The notes under the pieces were generated by a model that was not told where the DNA came from, did not search any database, and saw only the letters and a program-made list of their open reading frames with translations. A DNA stretch of 64,000 nt from Patescibacteria group bacterium (lineage in GTDB: Bacteria > Patescibacteriota > Patescibacteriia > Magasanikbacterales > JBBTQS01): the NCBI GenBank assembly GCA_038065555.1, contig JBBTQS010000001.1:363751-427750 (forward strand). The letters are read 5' to 3'. Position numbers and translations under genes: made by a program. Of this stretch, positions 38,836 through 48,767 are shown one piece after another; position 1 is the stretch's first letter, and each line of letters starts with the position of its first letter.

Positions 38836-41022
38836 TCACGCCTTCTGCGCTGGGGCAGACTGAGCGTGTGCCGTGAGTCGCGCAGCGACCTCCTCTTGGA
38901 GGAGGCGTCGCTGCGTCTCATCAGGTGCCACCGTAGCGATCTGATCGAGTGCTGCCTTGAAGATTCTCGCAACTTCACGCTGACGATGCAGACACTGTTC
39001 GAGCTCCTGAATGCGTTGCGCTCGTATCTGCTGTTCCTCGATTCGATACCGAAGCTCCGTTTCCTCCTTCTCGTAATCTGCCCGAACTTGCACGAGCTCT
39101 GCTTGGATCGACTCCTCCGAAATAACATAGTACGAGGGCGTCACCGGGGGCTCCTCGTCTTGCACGTCATCTTCCGGAACTCGTTCGCGCCTGACGCATC
39201 TGAATAGGCTCGGCGCTTCGCTGTCGATACCCTCTCGCTCTCCTGGAATGTAGTATCGATCGAGATTCAGCAACCCCTCCTCGTCCACCAGCTTGCGCAG
39301 GAAGTATTCCACGAAGTCCTCCGAACCATCCCAGCCGAGAACAGCACGAACTTCATCGATGTGCCCAGTGCTCAATGCGAAGTAGTCTCTGTCCTTTGCA
39401 TTCTCTGTCGCACGTACGAGCACCTCCTCGAGTTGATCGAGAGCCACACCCTCCTTACGTAGACGACCGATGATCACAGCAGCATGACTCGCGCCAGCGT
39501 TCTGATCTGTTTCCATTGCGAGGAACGCGTACCATCGGGACGTATCATTGAACTTCAGTCGACGCTGATTACTCTCTTCAGAGTACCTCGTCGACGTCAC
39601 ATCTGCGAGACCGTCTTTGATGAGAAGCGACGCGAATTCTGCTGCTGTGACATGGAGCATGAGCCCCGCATTGAACCACGCCGCATCTTCGATCTCCTGG
39701 ACCTTGAAACCGCTGCGCCCATAGAACTCCTTGACGACATCGGTGTAGGCCGCCCGACACGCATCGATCTGCGCCTGCGTGAGATTGTCTGCTTTGGATG
39801 TTTGAGAACCAGTTGCCATGCTGACCTCCGTTGTGCCGCCCGTCGATGCGCAGCGGCAATGCAGCGTCCTGATTTCGCCATCGCTTGGCGATCGCTCAGG
39901 ACGAACTTCGAGCAGCGACCCAGCAGGTGTCACTGCGAACTGTTCGAGGAACCGTTCCACGAACAGTTGATGCTGACGGTGTTGAGACCAGTTGAGCGCA
40001 GTGCGCAGCACACCTGCTACACTCGCCGTGACCTCGAACCACCCAGACTCATCAGTGGGAATGGTGCGCAATGCAGTTGTGAGGGCTTCACGGAGTGTGA
40101 GATCCTCCGAGACTTCCTCGACAGCACTGATACACCTCTCTTCGCCCCAGATTTTGCCCAGTCGCATTGCGATACGGTCTGCAGTGCGGTCATGAGCAAC
40201 CAACCGGAGCTCGCGCTTGTCGCTCTTCTTGTCAACAGTCGCGTGCGTGAGATCCTCGAGATGCGCATCGCGCACCAACGCATCAATCACATCCGCTGCA
40301 GTATTGGGTTTGCCGTGCCCAGTATTAGCTGCGAACCACGGCACACGCTTCACCCGTTCGAGCGTGAACGAACTTGCGCCGTAGAAAGCACTCACGAGCG
40401 CCTCGTGTGCGGCTTGCGCGGTTCCTGGTGACAACCCCTGGGAGACAGTCGGGGCACGCACCACAGATACTTCGCTCTTCCGAAATCGTCCACCGCATTC
40501 CTTGGGAAGGCGATCGAGATCGAACGCGAACTCACCTGGGATCGTGCTTCCCTTCGCTCGTGGTGGTTTGTCGATACGCAGTGCGCTATGCTTGCGCGCG
40601 AGTGCAATCGCAGCGAGCGCAAGACCCTTGTCCGAGACAACTTCAATCGCGCGAGCAAGAGTGAACTCTTTCTCTGACACTGCACCTACCAGCATCTTCA
40701 GGTTGACCACAGTGATATCCGCGTCAGCAGATTCCGTGACTGTTCTTTTATGCGCCTGAAGAGGCATCGGTACAGATTCGGTGCTGCGCCCGTGCAGCTT
40801 GTTCGCGAACCTGTATGACACGTGCTCGTCACCTGCAGAGAGTCCTCCACGAACCAGATGCAGTAATCCAGCTTCGTGGTAGTGAGCCAGTCGCTGACCC
40901 CAACTCTTTGCCGTGCCGTCTGAAAGGATTGGCGCAATTGATGCACCTGAAAAGACCAATCCACTGGACAGTTCTCGGGAGAGCCGCAGGAAATGCGGTT
41001 CATTGCTGAGATCTTCATTCAC
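38836..41022 (-). CDS. Large hypothetical protein with internal ~220-aa duplication, putative winged-helix modules and C-terminal coiled coil
   Basis: GGAGG plus GTG start; FYG..F..WF.A..TAA..D and W..FVE.FL..LL..RC blocks occur twice. Confidence 0.8.
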   Translation of the reverse strand: MNEDLSNEPHFLRLSRELSSGLVFSGASIAPILSDGTAKSWGQRLAHYHEAGLLHLVRGGLSAGDEHVSYRFANKLHGRSTESVPMPLQAHKRTVTESADADITVVNLKMLVGAVSEKEFTLARAIEVVSDKGLALAAIALARKHSALRIDKPPRAKGSTIPGEFAFDLDRLPKECGGRFRKSEVSVVRAPTVSQGLSPGTAQAAHEALVSAFYGASSFTLERVKRVPWFAANTGHGKPNTAADVIDALVRDAHLEDLTHATVDKKSDKRELRLVAHDRTADRIAMRLGKIWGEERCISAVEEVSEDLTLREALTTALRTIPTDESGWFEVTASVAGVLRTALNWSQHRQHQLFVERFLEQFAVTPAGSLLEVRPERSPSDGEIRTLHCRCASTGGTTEVSMATGSQTSKADNLTQAQIDACRAAYTDVVKEFYGRSGFKVQEIEDAAWFNAGLMLHVTAAEFASLLIKDGLADVTSTRYSEESNQRRLKFNDTSRWYAFLAMETDQNAGASHAAVIIGRLRKEGVALDQLEEVLVRATENAKDRDYFALSTGHIDEVRAVLGWDGSEDFVEYFLRKLVDEEGLLNLDRYYIPGEREGIDSEAPSLFRCVRRERVPEDDVQDEEPPVTPSYYVISEESIQAELVQVRADYEKEETELRYRIEEQQIRAQRIQELEQCLHRQREVARIFKAALDQIATVAPDETQRRLLQEEVAARLTAHAQSAPAQKA

Positions 41023-41102
41023 TGTAGCCTCCAGAAACGGTGATTGTTGTGGTTGCGAGTACCCACTCGCTTGCGCGATCCTACCAATCTTTGCATGACG
41101 GG

Positions 41103-41771
41103 TCAATGTGTCAGCGTTGATCGTCGAACCCACCATCCGAACAACGTCACACCAACTCCCGCTGCCAGTAATCCGCCCACAGACGTCGCAACTAATGCAG
41201 CAGGACTACGCAACACCACTAACGCCGACCCTCCAAAGCAAAAGAACGCGGTCGGCAACACACCTACTGCGTTTTGGATAACAAAAAATTTCAAAAATCC
41301 GATCGGAGTGAGTCCTGCGGCGTAAGCTACGACCTCAGGCAATGACGCGAGACACACTCGTGCTACAACAAACCCTTTCGTTGTTGTAAGCACCGCTCGC
41401 ACCTTCGCAACCACACCCATTTCATTCTTCACCATGCGCTCAACAGAGGCTCGGCCAAGTCTGCGACTGATCAGAAATGCAATAGCGCTCCCCAGCGCAT
41501 CGCCAAGAAGCAACAATACGAATCCAACATTGAATCCAAATAGCGCACCAGCAAGTGGATAGAGTGGCCCACCTGAGATTGGCGCGAATACAAGAGTACT
41601 CGCCTTCGCAAGCACAAATACTGCAGGCGCCCAGATGCCAGCACGAATGATCCACGCCTGTAACGTTGCATACTCTACGAACCACACAACACCAAAAATC
41701 ACCAACAGCATGAGCACTACGCCCACGCTATTTTTGAACCCATCTTTGTACGCTTGTAGTCCGACACGCAT
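41103..41771 (-). CDS. VTT/TVP38 (DedA-like) membrane protein
   Basis: AGIWAP, LAGALFG, LGSAIAFLISRRLGR, YAAGLT; start placed at MRVGLQ. Confidence 0.9.
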   Translation of the reverse strand: MRVGLQAYKDGFKNSVGVVLMLLVIFGVVWFVEYATLQAWIIRAGIWAPAVFVLAKASTLVFAPISGGPLYPLAGALFGFNVGFVLLLLGDALGSAIAFLISRRLGRASVERMVKNEMGVVAKVRAVLTTTKGFVVARVCLASLPEVVAYAAGLTPIGFLKFFVIQNAVGVLPTAFFCFGGSALVVLRSPAALVATSVGGLLAAGVGVTLFGWWVRRSTLTH

Positions 41772-41801
41772 ATATTCGATGATACCAGTTGTGTCGTAAA
41801 C

Positions 41802-41834
41802 AAAGAACAGTTCCGCAATGCGGAACTGTTCTTT
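41802..41834 (-). terminator. Hairpin downstream of tRNA-Thr(GGU)
   Basis: Perfect 15-bp AAAGAACAGTTCCGC/GCGGAACTGTTCTTT. Confidence 0.75.
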
Positions 41835-41839
41835 TGAGC

Positions 41840-41915
41840 TGGAGCCGACGACCAGGATTGAACTGGTGACCTCATCCTTACCATGGATGCGCTCTACCAA
41901 CTGAGCTACGTCGGC
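41840..41915 (-). tRNA. tRNA-Thr(GGU)
   Basis: GCCGACGTAGCTCAGTTGGTAGAGC..CATCCAT GGT AAGGATG..GTTCAATC..CTCCA. Confidence 0.96.
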
Positions 41916-41975
41916 GTGGTGGGACTTTTCTAATGCGCCTACACCATACCAGAGAGTTTCTCCGAACACAAGTCC

Positions 41976-42884
41976 CTAGCGCATCCCCTGAACCGTGTTC
42001 TTGAGACCAGGTAATTTCTGGTTCTCTGGGTTCACTTCTTGGAGCTCTGCGAGCTTCTCACGAGCGAGCGCACGATCATTGTGCGAGATAGCGAAATGAA
42101 TAATTTCGTCGAGGATTGCTGGGTTCTTTGGTTCCAACGCATACGCCGACAACAGCGCCTTCTTCGCCTGCTCTTCACGGTCACTCATCTCTTCGTACAC
42201 AGCTGCAAGATCCAACCAACGCTTGGTGACGTCCTTCTTGATTTTGATGGCACGCTCGTACCATGTTGCGGCCTCTTCCCAACGCTTCTCCGCCTTTGCT
42301 ACACGTCCGAGATACGCTGGAGCAATGTCATCGTTCTTGTCGAGCTTCATCAAGAACTTGAACGTCTCCTTCGCATCCACATAGCGCTCCTGCTCGAAGT
42401 ACACTTTGCCAAGTCCTCGATATGCGCGAACACTCTTGGGCTCGAAGTTGATTGCTGCAATGTATTTTTCTTCGGCATGGATGAGATCATCATCATGGCG
42501 CAGCTCATCACCCTCTTCGATGAGGTGATTGAGCTGTCGTGCACGCTCACGAGGCGAGAGCGACTGCGCACGCTCCTGCATGGTTCGACCATACTCGGCG
42601 CGATACTTGTCTGCAACTCTGTCCACGTGTGTGCGGAACTTGCTCTGCACCTGACCAAAATATTTTTCAAATGTATTTGTAACGATGCCGATACCACTTT
42701 GCAGCGGCTTGAAGGCGAGATCGAACTTCTTCTCGAGAATTTTGTCTTTTTTCTTGCGCGCTTGCTCCTCCGGGAGTCCGTCTACATCGAGCACTCGTAG
42801 CTGTGGGAATTTGCGAATAATAATCGCGATAATAATCGCAAGTCCGAGCACAATGAGCACGAGTGGAAGAAAGCTAAACAGCAT
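41976..42884 (-). CDS. Membrane-anchored tetratricopeptide repeat protein
   Basis: N-terminal TM; TPR patterns such as AYRGLGKVYFEQERY and AYLGRVA. Confidence 0.9.
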   Translation of the reverse strand: MLFSFLPLVLIVLGLAIIIAIIIRKFPQLRVLDVDGLPEEQARKKKDKILEKKFDLAFKPLQSGIGIVTNTFEKYFGQVQSKFRTHVDRVADKYRAEYGRTMQERAQSLSPRERARQLNHLIEEGDELRHDDDLIHAEEKYIAAINFEPKSVRAYRGLGKVYFEQERYVDAKETFKFLMKLDKNDDIAPAYLGRVAKAEKRWEEAATWYERAIKIKKDVTKRWLDLAAVYEEMSDREEQAKKALLSAYALEPKNPAILDEIIHFAISHNDRALAREKLAELQEVNPENQKLPGLKNTVQGMR

Positions 42885-42895
42885 AGCGTCGCGAA

Positions 42896-43615
42896 TTACG
42901 ACGAGCGCAACACATCAAGAATCGGGAACAGTGTGGTCGTCTTGGTGCTCGCACCGCCAATGAGGAAACCGCTAATAAGTGGTTGGGTTGCAAATGCGCC
43001 GACAGTCTCTGCAGTTACGGAACCGCCATAGAGAATTGCCGTGCGCTCACCCATGATGCTCTTCACATATTCGCACATTTGCGTCACGTCTTCAACCGTA
43101 GCAGCTTCGCCTGTGCCAATAGCCCACACCGGTTCGTAGGCAATGAAGAATTCATCTGGATCAGCAATGTCTTCGAGACCTCGCAATTGCTCGCGCACTA
43201 CTGCAGCCGCATCTCCTGCATCTCGTTGCTGACGCGTCTCTCCGATACAAATCACCGGTATCAAACCAACTTCAAGCGCGGTCGTTGCCTGTGCGATGAA
43301 GTGTGACGCTGGCATTGGCGCTGCTGCACGCTGCTCTGAGTGTCCCACAAGCACGTACTGACATCCCAACGTATGCAAATTCTCTGGATCGAGCTGTCCG
43401 GTGTACGCACCATGACGATGGACACTGGAAGTCTGCGCCCCCATCTCGACACTCGTCCCTTCAATCACGTGCGCAACAGACGCAAGGAGCTCTGCAGACG
43501 GTAGGAGCACAATTCCCTTTGCCGAACCAGCGTACTCCACAATCTCAGCCGCCAGTGTCTGGGTCTCACCAACACCGAGATACGTCTTCCAATTGCAGAA
43601 TACTTTTTTGTGCAT
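42896..43615 (-). CDS. tpiA: Triosephosphate isomerase
   Basis: NWK, GHSEQR, AYEPVWAIGTG, YGGSV, GGAS. Confidence 0.97.
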   Translation of the reverse strand: MHKKVFCNWKTYLGVGETQTLAAEIVEYAGSAKGIVLLPSAELLASVAHVIEGTSVEMGAQTSSVHRHGAYTGQLDPENLHTLGCQYVLVGHSEQRAAAPMPASHFIAQATTALEVGLIPVICIGETRQQRDAGDAAAVVREQLRGLEDIADPDEFFIAYEPVWAIGTGEAATVEDVTQMCEYVKSIMGERTAILYGGSVTAETVGAFATQPLISGFLIGGASTKTTTLFPILDVLRSS

Positions 43616-43626
43616 ACGTATGGTGA

Positions 43627-44901
43627 TTATTCAGCGAGAAATGATTCAAATCGTTCTGGAGTCTCGAATGGCCCAATGACCGCGAGCTTTGCCTTAGTGA
43701 AATCGAATACCTCTGCAGCAACCTTCTGAATATCTTCGCGGGTTACCGCTTCGTACTCGGAGAGCTTCTCTTCTGGTGTGCGAACTTTGCCCACGAGTAA
43801 CTGTTGCTCTAGGAACATCTGCGCGACAGTGGAGCTGTCTTCGAGCGCGAGAATCATGCTGCCGCGGACATTACCCTTGGCATACGCAAGTTCCTTGGCA
43901 GTTACTCCTTTCTTCGCTACTTTGCGCAATTCATCTACGATCACGCGCAATGCTTCATCAATGCGCTCAGTGTGTAGACCTGCGTGAATGTAGGTGTTGC
44001 CGCAATCGCGATACGTCTCAATATCCGTGCGAACACGATACGCAAGTCCACGCTTCTCACGCACTTCTACAAAAAGTCTCGAACTCATGGATCCGCCCAT
44101 GATACTCTGCAAGAGTGCGAGTGCTGGCACGCGTGGATCACCCTTCTTGTACGCAGGGAATCCCAGAGCGATGTGCACTTGATCTGTTTGTTTGAATTTG
44201 AGATGTACGCGCTCCTTGGACGCTGCAGGTACACTCTTCTTGAATGCTGGCATCACACCCTTCTTGCGTCCTTTGCCGAAGAGGCTTGCAATTGCTGCGG
44301 ACTGCTTGTCTGTGTAGTTACCTGCAACAGCCACCACCATTTTGTCATGGTGGTAGAATCGGTCGCGATACGTCACCATATCTTTGCGCGTGAGCGCGTT
44401 GATGATCTCAGGTGTTCCGCCGATGCGATACCCGAGTGGCGATCCTTCGTGCATGATGATTTCGAATTCTTCCTGAACGGTACGCGTCGGCGTATCCTCG
44501 TACATGCGCAGCTCCTCATTGATTACACCTTTTTCACGTTCGAATTCCTTCGTATCGAAAAGACTGTGGAAGAGCATGTCTTCGAGCAAGTCTGCAGCGA
44601 GCAACAATTTGTTGGAGTCGATCTTGATGTAATAGACGGTCCACTCTTTGCTCGTGAACGCATTCCACTCAGCGCCAACGCCATCAATCTCTTCCGTAAT
44701 ATCCTTGCTCGTCGGACGACGCTTGGTTCCTTTGAACATCAAATGCTCAATGAAGTGAGAAATACCATTGATACGCTCTTCTTCGTAGCGCGATCCGACA
44801 GGAAATCCAACAATAATTGTTGCCGACGCCGTGTGATCCTGCGGCACGGTAATATACGTCGCACCATTTGCGAGTTTCTTCTTCTGGAATACGGTTTTCA
44901 T
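43627..44901 (-). CDS. M16 family zinc peptidase
   Basis: HFIEHLMFKGT, NAFTSKE, SSRLFVEVREKRGLAY. Confidence 0.95.
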   Translation of the reverse strand: MKTVFQKKKLANGATYITVPQDHTASATIIVGFPVGSRYEEERINGISHFIEHLMFKGTKRRPTSKDITEEIDGVGAEWNAFTSKEWTVYYIKIDSNKLLLAADLLEDMLFHSLFDTKEFEREKGVINEELRMYEDTPTRTVQEEFEIIMHEGSPLGYRIGGTPEIINALTRKDMVTYRDRFYHHDKMVVAVAGNYTDKQSAAIASLFGKGRKKGVMPAFKKSVPAASKERVHLKFKQTDQVHIALGFPAYKKGDPRVPALALLQSIMGGSMSSRLFVEVREKRGLAYRVRTDIETYRDCGNTYIHAGLHTERIDEALRVIVDELRKVAKKGVTAKELAYAKGNVRGSMILALEDSSTVAQMFLEQQLLVGKVRTPEEKLSEYEAVTREDIQKVAAEVFDFTKAKLAVIGPFETPERFESFLAE

Positions 44902-44913
44902 ACTGGTATGGGA

Positions 44914-46311
44914 TTAAACGCGCCCGCGCAAATACGCGACGAGCTCTGCAATTGCCACGCGCTCCTGTGTCATGGTATCGCGATCACGAACCGTCACTGC
45001 ATTGTCATTGAGCGTATCGAAATCCACGGTGACACAAAACGGCGTTCCGATCTCGTCCTGACGGCGATAACGCTTACCAATCGACTGTGTCTCGTCATAC
45101 GTTGTGACCCAGTGCTCGCGCAACAATGCCACAACCTCAGATGCTGGTCCTGCCAATTCATCCTTCTTCGAGAGTGGCAAAACTGCAACGGTGTATGGAG
45201 CCACACGCGCTGCGAGACGCAACACGGTGCGGCCTTCGTCATCACCTTCCTTTGGAGCTTCCTGCTCGTACGCATCGAGAAGCGTTGCAAGCATCACACG
45301 ATCTGCACCAAACGACGGTTCGATCACGTGCGGCATGAACTTGCGCTGCGGATTCGTCGGATCTGTCGCACGCAAATCTTCGCCACTCCACTCACTGTGT
45401 TGCGTAAGGTCAAAATCTGTTCGATACGCTGCAGCAGCACACAATTCTCCCCAACCCCACGGGAAGTTGTATTCTACATCTGTTGTGCCGCGCGAATAGT
45501 GCGACAACTCGTCAGCTTCGTGATCTCGGAAACGCAACTTTTCCTCTTTGATTCCAAGTGTGACTGTGAGGAACGCCCACGTATCGCGCTTCCACTGCTC
45601 GAAGAGCTCTTTCCAATCACTTGCTTCTGGATCGAAGAAATATTCAATTTCCATTTGCTCGAATTCACGCGTGCGGAACGTGAAATTTCCTGGTGTAATC
45701 TCGTTACGAAATGCCTTACCAATTTGTGCAATACCAAAAGGCATCTTCGGGCGATGCGTCTGCATTACATTCTTGAAGTTCACAAAAATTCCTTGCGCTG
45801 TTTCTGGACGCAAGTACACCACACTTCCTTCTCCTTCAATAACACCTTGGTGCGTCTTGAACATGAGGTTGAACCGCTTTGCCTCAGTCCAATCACATTT
45901 TTTGCACGATGGGCAGGCAATCTTCTCCGCCATGAGACGAGGCTGTACCTCTTCGAGCTTGATCACAGCCACTACTTCTACACCCAGTCGCTCCTCGAGC
46001 AACTTGTCGCCACGAAATCGCTGCTTGCATGCTTTGCAGTCTACGAGTGGATCAGTGAATGAGCCTACATGACCTGATGCTTCCCACACACGTGGGTTCA
46101 TCAGAATTCCAGCATCGAGTCCAACCATGTCAGCACGACGATGGACAAAGGTCTGCCACCAAAGACGCTTGATGTTGTTCTTCATCTCCACACCAAGTGG
46201 ACCGTAATCCCAGCTATTGGCAAGTCCTCCGTAAATCGCACTTCCTGGATAGACAAATCCGCGCGCCTTGGCGAGTGTTGTCACCTGCTCCATGAGCGTC
46301 TGCTGTTCCAT
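44914..46311 (-). CDS. glyQS: Glycyl-tRNA synthetase (alpha2 dimeric type)
   Basis: WDYGPLG, LRPETAQG, FRNEITP..FRTREFEQME, IEPSFG, IGKRYRRQDEIGTP. Confidence 0.97.
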   Translation of the reverse strand: MEQQTLMEQVTTLAKARGFVYPGSAIYGGLANSWDYGPLGVEMKNNIKRLWWQTFVHRRADMVGLDAGILMNPRVWEASGHVGSFTDPLVDCKACKQRFRGDKLLEERLGVEVVAVIKLEEVQPRLMAEKIACPSCKKCDWTEAKRFNLMFKTHQGVIEGEGSVVYLRPETAQGIFVNFKNVMQTHRPKMPFGIAQIGKAFRNEITPGNFTFRTREFEQMEIEYFFDPEASDWKELFEQWKRDTWAFLTVTLGIKEEKLRFRDHEADELSHYSRGTTDVEYNFPWGWGELCAAAAYRTDFDLTQHSEWSGEDLRATDPTNPQRKFMPHVIEPSFGADRVMLATLLDAYEQEAPKEGDDEGRTVLRLAARVAPYTVAVLPLSKKDELAGPASEVVALLREHWVTTYDETQSIGKRYRRQDEIGTPFCVTVDFDTLNDNAVTVRDRDTMTQERVAIAELVAYLRGRV

Positions 46312-46324
46312 ACAATTGCGCTTA

Positions 46325-46876
46325 CTAGATCTTCATGATTTCTGCTTCCTTCTCTGCGCCCAAAATTTCAATTTTTTCGTTCGTTGATTTGGTCAGCTCG
46401 TCGAGCTTGTCCATGTCGTGGAACTTCTGGTCCTCGGTCATGGTTCCAGCCTTCTCATCAGCGTTGATAGAAGTGCGGCATTCTTCGCGATGCTGTCGCA
46501 CGCGAATCTTCGCTCCCTCCAGACGCGTCTTGAGGTTCTTCACCAACTCCTTGCGAGTCTCCTCGGTGAGTGATGGAATCGGCAACCGAACCACCACACC
46601 ATCACTGCTCGGATTGAGTCCAATGTTGGCCGCGATGATCGCCTTTTCGATCGCTGGCAATACCGTACGATCCCATGGCGCGATCTGAATCAGACGAGGA
46701 TCTGGCGTGGTGATTGTTGCCACGTTCTTGATTGGCTGACGTGCACCGTATGCCTCAATCTGAATATCCTCAACAAGCATAGGATTAGCACGTCCTGTTC
46801 GCAGACTTGCTACTTCTTGTTTGAGATGTGCAATGGTTTCGTCACACGCATTTCGCATTGCTTCCAGATGCTGCAT
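46325..46876 (-). CDS. frr: Ribosome recycling factor
   Basis: LRTGRANP, IAPWD, GLNP, LTEETRKELVK. Confidence 0.97.
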   Translation of the reverse strand: MQHLEAMRNACDETIAHLKQEVASLRTGRANPMLVEDIQIEAYGARQPIKNVATITTPDPRLIQIAPWDRTVLPAIEKAIIAANIGLNPSSDGVVVRLPIPSLTEETRKELVKNLKTRLEGAKIRVRQHREECRTSINADEKAGTMTEDQKFHDMDKLDELTKSTNEKIEILGAEKEAEIMKI

Positions 46877-46892
46877 ATATCACGTTGTTACA

Positions 46893-47975
46893 CTATTTGA
46901 CAGTAATGTTTCGCGCTCCCAAGTACACCACGTTGGAGTCTCCTTTGTCAATAAGGAGAGCGCTGACTGCTTTTGTTGTTGGGATCGCTTTTTTCTGCCA
47001 ATTCTGACCGGCGTCTGTTGAGCGATAGAACCCGGTGAGTGTTCCATAATAGATCTCATCTGGTTTTGTCGGATTAATCGCGACAGAGAAGATAAGTTCT
47101 GTTCCAGGCGCGTTGATAAGCGGCAACTCTTCCCACGTCGCACCATTATCCGTTGTACGAGAGAGACCGCGCTTGCTCGCAACGATAAGCACTTCACCAT
47201 CTGCACTAAATGCCGCCGTGCTGTGGATCTTTGCATCATTCTTCTTGAGCTTGAAGACCGGCGTGATATCAGACCATGTGTCACCAGCATCATCGCTGCG
47301 GAATAATCCACTGCGGCTGCCTGCCATGAATAGTATGTTGTGATTATTCGGGTGTACAAAGATGTCTTGTACTGTATCGTTGTTCAATCGACGCTTCACA
47401 TTCCAGGAATCTCCACCATCAACTGACTTCATGAGTGCACCGGAGCGTGTACCTGCGTAGAGTACATTCGTATCTGTTGGATCAATAGCAAGACTGCGGA
47501 AAATATCAGGTTGATTACTCTTCACTGCTTCGTTCTTAGTGTACTTCGCTTTCCATGTACGACCACAGTCTTCGGTCTTTTGGATCGCATTCTCTACCGC
47601 TGCGTACACTTCACACGACTCCTTGGGATTCACCGCAAGCGCGAGAACTGCAGCATTCTGCATTACCGCACTTGTTGGACGGATCCAAGATACGCCTGCA
47701 TTCTCAGTCACCCACAACCCCTTGTTCGTACCTGCGTACATTACTTCGTGGTTGACGGGATCCTGTACCAAAAAGCGAATGTCTGCGAACGTGTGCAGTG
47801 ATTCTTTTGTGCCTGACGTCGTGAGCACTGCGGACGCTGTGCCCCACGTCTCACCGCTGTTTGCACTACGGAATACGCCATAGTCATTACCTGTTGGTTT
47901 TTTTTCATCACCACACCCGAGTCCAACGAGTGCGAGTGTCGCGACGAGCGCGACCGTCTTCAATGATCGATGCAT
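46893..47975 (-). CDS. YCF48/BNR-repeat beta-propeller lipoprotein
   Basis: Lipobox-like LVGLGC; repeated S/TxDxGxxW Asp-box motifs. Confidence 0.9.
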   Translation of the reverse strand: MHRSLKTVALVATLALVGLGCGDEKKPTGNDYGVFRSANSGETWGTASAVLTTSGTKESLHTFADIRFLVQDPVNHEVMYAGTNKGLWVTENAGVSWIRPTSAVMQNAAVLALAVNPKESCEVYAAVENAIQKTEDCGRTWKAKYTKNEAVKSNQPDIFRSLAIDPTDTNVLYAGTRSGALMKSVDGGDSWNVKRRLNNDTVQDIFVHPNNHNILFMAGSRSGLFRSDDAGDTWSDITPVFKLKKNDAKIHSTAAFSADGEVLIVASKRGLSRTTDNGATWEELPLINAPGTELIFSVAINPTKPDEIYYGTLTGFYRSTDAGQNWQKKAIPTTKAVSALLIDKGDSNVVYLGARNITVK

Positions 47976-47976
47976 A

Positions 47977-48759
47977 TTAGATTCCATACAGAGCGAAGAA
48001 TAATGTTTCAAAAAGTAATTTGGGGTGAATATTGCGCGAGATATCGTGCCGCGCTCGGCTAATTGCCCTTGCCGCCTTCACGACTCGCATTGCATCTCCC
48101 CCGCTGCCCACGCGGCTGCGCAGTAACTCGCGCGTATACACATGCCACCAGTACAGGAGCTGCGCGAGCATGCGCCGCTGCACTGCGTGATCTGCTTTCT
48201 TGTCCTTCTCGCCGAACAACGGCTCGAGAAGTTGGCGAGCTTCATGCATCGGGCGCAATCGCACCGCGTCGAAGAGCTCGCGATGTTCGATGTACGCAGG
48301 ATGCGTTGCAACCGCCGTCGCATCAACATGCACGCGATACACGCTCACACGCGATGCAATCGTGGGAAGCACCGCATCCCATGCATCAGACATAAGCAAA
48401 AAATATGAATGTGCTGGCGGCTCCTCCAATACCTTGAGCAACGCATTAGCAGCACCCTGACTCATATGATGCGCATCTGTCACCACAATCCAACGAGGAT
48501 GCGCGGCGTCAGCAGTCGTCATCAAGAATTCTTTGCACGCGCGAATTTGTTCGATAGTAATATCCTTGCCCGATGGTGCAACGTGCATCTCGTATCCAAC
48601 CGAAGATGCGCCTCCATACACTGTTGTGAGAAATGTTCGGCTCAGTCCCGACAAATCCGCAGCACTACATCCCGCAAGCGCAATAGCATGCGGCAAAGCA
48701 CGCGTCTCCCAGAGGCGCGTCAGGAGCCCCACAATGTGATGGGACGCTGCATGATACAT
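47977..48759 (-). CDS. holB: DNA polymerase III delta' subunit
   Basis: ITIEQIR, AANALLKVLEEPP, LPTIASR; start placed at MYHAAS. Confidence 0.88.
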   Translation of the reverse strand: MYHAASHHIVGLLTRLWETRALPHAIALAGCSAADLSGLSRTFLTTVYGGASSVGYEMHVAPSGKDITIEQIRACKEFLMTTADAAHPRWIVVTDAHHMSQGAANALLKVLEEPPAHSYFLLMSDAWDAVLPTIASRVSVYRVHVDATAVATHPAYIEHRELFDAVRLRPMHEARQLLEPLFGEKDKKADHAVQRRMLAQLLYWWHVYTRELLRSRVGSGGDAMRVVKAARAISRARHDISRNIHPKLLFETLFFALYGI

Positions 48760-48767
48760 AGTCAAGG

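Noticed and set aside
41772-41969. N-terminal extension of the VTT ORF in the track
   Set aside because: It runs through tRNA-Thr(GGU) and its terminator; the real start is likely 41771.
43984-46062. 692-aa plus-strand ORF and other long antisense ORFs (e.g. 20348-21298, 39484-40431)
   Set aside because: Shadow frames opposite well-supported genes, with non-protein-like composition.
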